Source: the human T2T-CHM13v2.0 reference genome, Homo sapiens
Strand: one strand, 5' to 3'
Assembly: GCF_009914755.1 (NCBI RefSeq)
Contig: NC_060928.1
DNA length: 64,000 nucleotides
In this document: positions 58,598 to 64,000 of the stretch, piece by piece
How the letters are laid out: the number at the start of each line of letters is the position of its first letter
Numbering within the stretch: position 1 is the first letter of the stretch
Notes under the pieces: generated by a model
Told to the model about the DNA's origin: nothing
What the model saw: the letters and a program-made list of their open reading frames with translations, nothing else
Databases searched by the model: none
Made by a program: the position numbers and the translations under genes

Positions 58598-61500
58598 GTA
58601 TAAAGAAAGTATAGGGAGATGTATACCAAGTATAGATAGTTTTGCCTTTGGTCATATTTGATGATCAATTCATCACAGATAAAATTTGGTTTGATGAAGA
58701 ACTGGAATTCTAGTTTAAAAACATTTGTCTGTATGAAAGCTTAAAAATGTCAGCCAGAAAGGCAAGGTTTGACAAATGTTGTCTTAAGTTGCCATCATCT
58801 AGAAACATTTTATCAGAGTATTAAACATCTACTTAGTGGAAATCAAATCTCACTTTACAAACTATTTCTATAACTCAGTTTTCTATTAATTGGTAAATTA
58901 GCACCAATTAATCAATTAAAACAATACAATTTTGCAATTCTGTATGTATATCAGTCTTACAAGGTCCCTTTTGCATAACTTACGCTTCTATTAACTAATA
59001 TTTTAATTTAATTCTATCTTACTAAATGAAAATGGAATCTTGTCTAGAAACAAAAGCATCTCTGCATGAGAATATTCCCATCCTCCTTTTAGACAGAAAA
59101 AGTGGATTGTAATATTTTTAGTTCCTAGAAAATATTTAGATTTCTAGGTTCTCAACAAATATAAAATCAGGAGAAAAGTTTGGTTTGCTAGTCTGATATG
59201 TGTACATGGTTATTTTAATTTGCTGAGCTCTGAATCAGACACTGGGAAGGTAGAAAAATAGATACTAAATATGAAAGAAAGCAAACAAGTAAAATAAAAT
59301 CAGATCGTTATATTACAATTAAGAAATATTAATTCTACTCGTTTGCAGAAGAGCGACACTGAAGAGCCTGAGAGCATCGGCGTCTGTGCAGATCACGGTT
59401 TTCGTGGGACACCCTCACACACAGCTGATCACCAAAAAGTGTGAAGTTCACAACACTCTTAGAACAACCCTACAGTGATCAGAAAATTTGAATTGTCAAC
59501 TTATAATGAGCCTAAACAATATTGTAATGTGAAATAAAACATAGTGTAAGAACTGATTGTGTTTTAGGGTTAGGCTAAGAAACTACTATTTCTCCTTGTA
59601 CTGGTTTCTACATTCAAAATAAATGAAAACCAGTTTTGCGGTTTCATGTACACTCAGAGAAAGTTCAGTATTAAATTGTAAGATAAGAGTAAAAAATCTA
59701 GATTGATGACTGAGAGAAAAACTTGTACAATAATTGTAAGAAGTGTACTCATCCCAAAATGAAAATTATCTCCAGAAAAGAGGTTACAAATTTTACCAGT
59801 TATGATCTACTATTTACATATTACCATTATTTTAACACACTTAGAAGGTCAATTTAGTGAAGTACAGATACTGAATCACTCTTTCTGTTAAGTAGCTATG
59901 AGATTAAATTTTGCTTAAATATCCGTAACTGTTCTTCATTAATGCCAGTTTTCCAGTTATGGATTAAAATCTATGTTATTCATGGTATATACCAGGCAGT
60001 TGATAAACGGTAGCTAAGGTAATGTCTAATCAATTACATTTGTTTTTACCAGAAATGTTTAATAACAAAAGGTTATTAAAGACAAAATCCAGAACCTTAA
60101 GAGAATATATTTTCTTACATTCTGAAAAACTATAATGTGAAATTAATAACATAGTTAACATATGCTATTAGAATCATACAGCACCCCCTCTCAATCCCAG
60201 AGATAACTGGCAAATAGATCAACTACTGGCAAAGTGCTTTTTATGTGTTGTTTTTTTTTTTTTGCCACTACCATCACATAATAGAATGCATAGAGTTAAG
60301 TTTCTACTATTTTTATGCCCAAGAATTATTGTGTAATATTAATTAACAGAACTCTTTTCACAGGAATTCAATAGTTAACAAGAAATAATATTAAGTAAGT
60401 AATTTGTTTTTAAAAGATTTATCCTCTAAATATATATCTTGGAAGTGCTGAAAAGTGTGATATAAAGGAAATAGCACAGAAATGAAGGTTAAGAGAGATA
60501 TATTTTTTTTTCTGCCACTATCTTACCATGTGATTTTGGACTTATTTCTTAAAATTATTGCACTCTACTTTTTTTTTTAACTGAAAAATGAGTGAGTTGG
60601 ACATGATGCACTCTAAATTCCATTTCAGTTATCTATGAACCAACTACCTTAAAAACACCCTAGAAATATCTGAGAAAAATATCTGACCACATTGAATTTC
60701 AAAATAAATTCTTGGGTTGTTCATATGTTGAAATAAGACTCTTTCTGCAGATATTAAGGTAACATAACATACAGAATATAACCCCTTGTTTTATTTGATT
60801 TTCTTCAGATTACATGCCTGCCTGCCTGGCTATAAAATGTAAGCCTTTAGAAATAACTGAATTCAATAACCCAGAATGTTCCTGATTACTCTATTTTACC
60901 TTTTATTTAATATATAAATATTTTGATCACTTCTCAGTTTTAACACACACTCTGATGTTTACCACAGGGTAAATAATTTGAAATTGCAAGTTGAGACGCT
61001 AGAAATTTGCATATTTTCTTGAGACTCTATACCTGCAATTCCAGTGGTCACCACTATGTGTCAGTAGTACCTCCTACAACACAACGGTTCTACTGGTTGT
61101 GTTTCCCAGTTGCACATATTTAAGACTTTTAATGAAAATAAGATATTTATTGTGTTATAGTATTCACTTAAGACCACAGAGCAACTAATGTGCAAAAAAC
61201 AGTTTATTTACTTCGTTCCCATGCTAGTTGCTTCTAAGAGTTCCTTGCAAGGAGGCTTTTATATAGCTGATGGCTAGCAAAACAGTGCCATTTCTGCTTG
61301 TGTCTTCTAATGAGTCATTTATCCACTTTCTAAAGTAATTTTCTGCTTTTCTTTGCAGAGAGCAGGGTAACAAGCTTTTGACTCTGAATCATTTCTGCCT
61401 GTATCATTCTCTCTTTCAAATAAAACTCTGATTCAAATAAAAATATACATTGGCTGCCATAAATTTTTCACCTAGTTGATTATTATAGGCTCTTAAGTAG

Positions 61501-62133
61501 AGATTGCAAACGCATTTCATTTTATATGCCAATGATAATTTGTTATAGTGGCTGCCTGGATTACAGTGTTGAAAAGGAGTAGTCATGTCTGTCATGGGTA
61601 TGAAACTGGGAAGTTGTGATACACAATTTCCAGGTATTTGCCAGCCCTATTCTTGACTGATAATACAATCCGTAAGTTGTATTTAGGAAAATGAAAGAAC
61701 AAAAATAAATTTTAGAAATATATGGGACATAGGCATCTGATTATCCACACTCCAAGCATTATAATAGAATGGTTCTAAGAAGCCTTCTTGTAGTATTTTA
61801 CTCTGTCTCATAAAAAGAGGTGGTTAATATATGCACTAAGACTAATACTTTTGATTTTTAATTTTCACGCTGCTGAATACCAGAACTACATAGAATAGTA
61901 TAACTAGCAGTTGTGGTTGGAATGATTCTTCACCCAGAGTCCAGAGATAGCCAACAACTCTGGTATAATTAATGTCCAGGCAATGATACTGGATGCAACA
62001 TAATGATGCAAAGATAGATATTTTTTCAAAAATAGCTTAGACATTACAGAGAATTGTAAAACACAGATGTGCAGAATCACAGTCACAGCCTCTAAGGGAG
62101 ATATCTGAAAAAGAGAGAATAACGTGTTTTTAC

Positions 62134-62190
62134 CTCATTGAAAACACCAGAAGAATGATCTTGAACATAGTCCAGAGGCTTTTTAGGAGG
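62134..62190 (-). CDS. SORBS2: SORBS2 alternative cassette exon, 57 nt, PPKKPLDYVQDHSSGVFNE
   Basis: acacccag|CCT...GAG|gtaaaa, phase 0-0. The peptide resembles the PPKK-x-x-DY segment of the SORBS1/2 family and is in frame with the next exon. Confidence 0.8.
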
Positions 62191-62617
62191 CTGGGTGTAG
62201 ACGCACCACAGAAGCAGAAGTGTAGGGATGGAATGGAGGAGAGTCAATGGCAGCAAGGAATGAACATGTGGAAAAGGTGACAACAGTTAGAAATTGAGTG
62301 TTGACAGCACCAGCTACACAAACAGAATGACATGAATGGAGCAAAATGGGGGCAGCTGGGAGGAAGTGTGCAACGTCTGCAAATATTCTCAAGCACTGGG
62401 AAAATTGGCTAGTGTTCAATTAGTATATTTATAAATTCATTTTGTCAAATTTCATTAGCACTCCTAGTCTCTGGCCACAGAGGAATGCAAGGTAAATTAA
62501 AGAAACATTAAAGGAGCAAGTGGATAGCATGCTGGTGAGTTTCCATGTGTGACTGAAAATGATTATGGAAAATGCTGATAACTTAGGCTCAGTACAGAAT
62601 AGTCCCTATAAGCTTTC

Positions 62618-62932
<315 letters not shown>

Positions 62933-63387
62933 GTCCCTATAAACTTTCTAACCAACAGCAACAATACATATAAAATAAAGCTAGAGAATGTTTTTCCTTG
63001 AAATAAAATACATTTACATTCACACTAAGATACAAATGAGAAAAAATGAGAGAAAACATTCCTCCTATGAGATAATAACCCTAAGAAAAATCCTTTGGTT
63101 TATATTCGTTTACAGTCACTTTTGATTCAGTTCAATAAGCTACCTTGAGTCTAACCAAGTCTCCTTTGCAGTTTAATGGACAAAAGAGACTACCATCACC
63201 AATCAGTAAACCATATATGGTCCATATGCAAGTATATAAATCAGCATATGGTATAGAAATGGTTATATCCTGATTTCTAAAAAAACTATCAGTGTAATTG
63301 GTAGGTTATTTAAGAGTCTAAAACGCATAAAAACGTGTGTAACTGATACACATCAAATGCACTGCTGTTGGTGGATACAGTTCCTAA

Positions 63388-63724
<337 letters not shown>

Positions 63725-63902
63725 CAAGTTGACTCTTTATCCCAAACAGGCTAAGCAATAAGGCCCAACCTCTGGGCTTCCTCTGGCGGGAGTCTGGGGA
63801 TTAGAGAAGCTGTGATGGCTTTCACTAGCAAGTCTGGAAATTAAGATCCACAGGACTTCCTGATTTTTTTCTTTCCTTATATCCCTAATGGTAAACTAGG
63901 TA

Positions 63903-64000
63903 CAGTCATGTGTTGCATAATGACGTTTCCGTCAACGATGCACCTATATATGATGGTGGTCCTATGGGATTATAAGACTGTATTTTTACCATGCCTTTTC
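63903..64000. mobile_element. Tigger3/MER7-family DNA transposon end (cut by the window edge)
   Basis: TA target site followed by the terminal sequence cagtcatgtgttgcataatgacgtttccgtcaacga. Confidence 0.7.

Noticed and set aside
60119-60121. 3-nt pattern tttttcag|AAT|gtaaga
   Set aside because: A competing AG lies 8 nt upstream and the context is AT-rich, so chance is likely.
63210-63251. Short palindrome accatatatggt and ccatatgc/gcatatgg hairpin
   Set aside because: Too short and AT-rich to support an ncRNA or MITE.

Overview
Primate genomic DNA, almost certainly human: Alu-rich, with Alu, L1, MIR, MaLR LTR and DNA-transposon fragments. The minus strand carries the 3' part of SORBS2 (ArgBP2/nArgBP2, a sorbin-homology and 3xSH3 adaptor). 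I traced 11 GT-AG exons that splice in frame from ASLYQSSIDRSLERPM through the 1581-nt His-tract exon and three SH3 domains to the TGA at 14413. An upstream 57-nt cassette (PPKKPLDYVQDHSSGVFNE) and a 3' UTR of about 2.1 kb ending near 12300 are also present. Positions 1-12200 are repeat-rich intergenic sequence. I see no prokaryote-type system (CRISPR, operon, phage). The most notable unexplained structure is in the 18-kb phase-0 intron between SH3-2 and SH3-3, which holds several cassette-exon candidates: a 765-nt coding exon with an LD-like motif, a Src-type Tyr site and downstream QKI motifs; a 24/66/186-nt multi-acceptor exon with a downstream RBFOX site; a 6-nt microexon; and poison-exon candidates. 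A 24-nt microexon candidate and distant-branch-point acceptors occur further upstream. Whether these are already annotated cannot be determined without a database.
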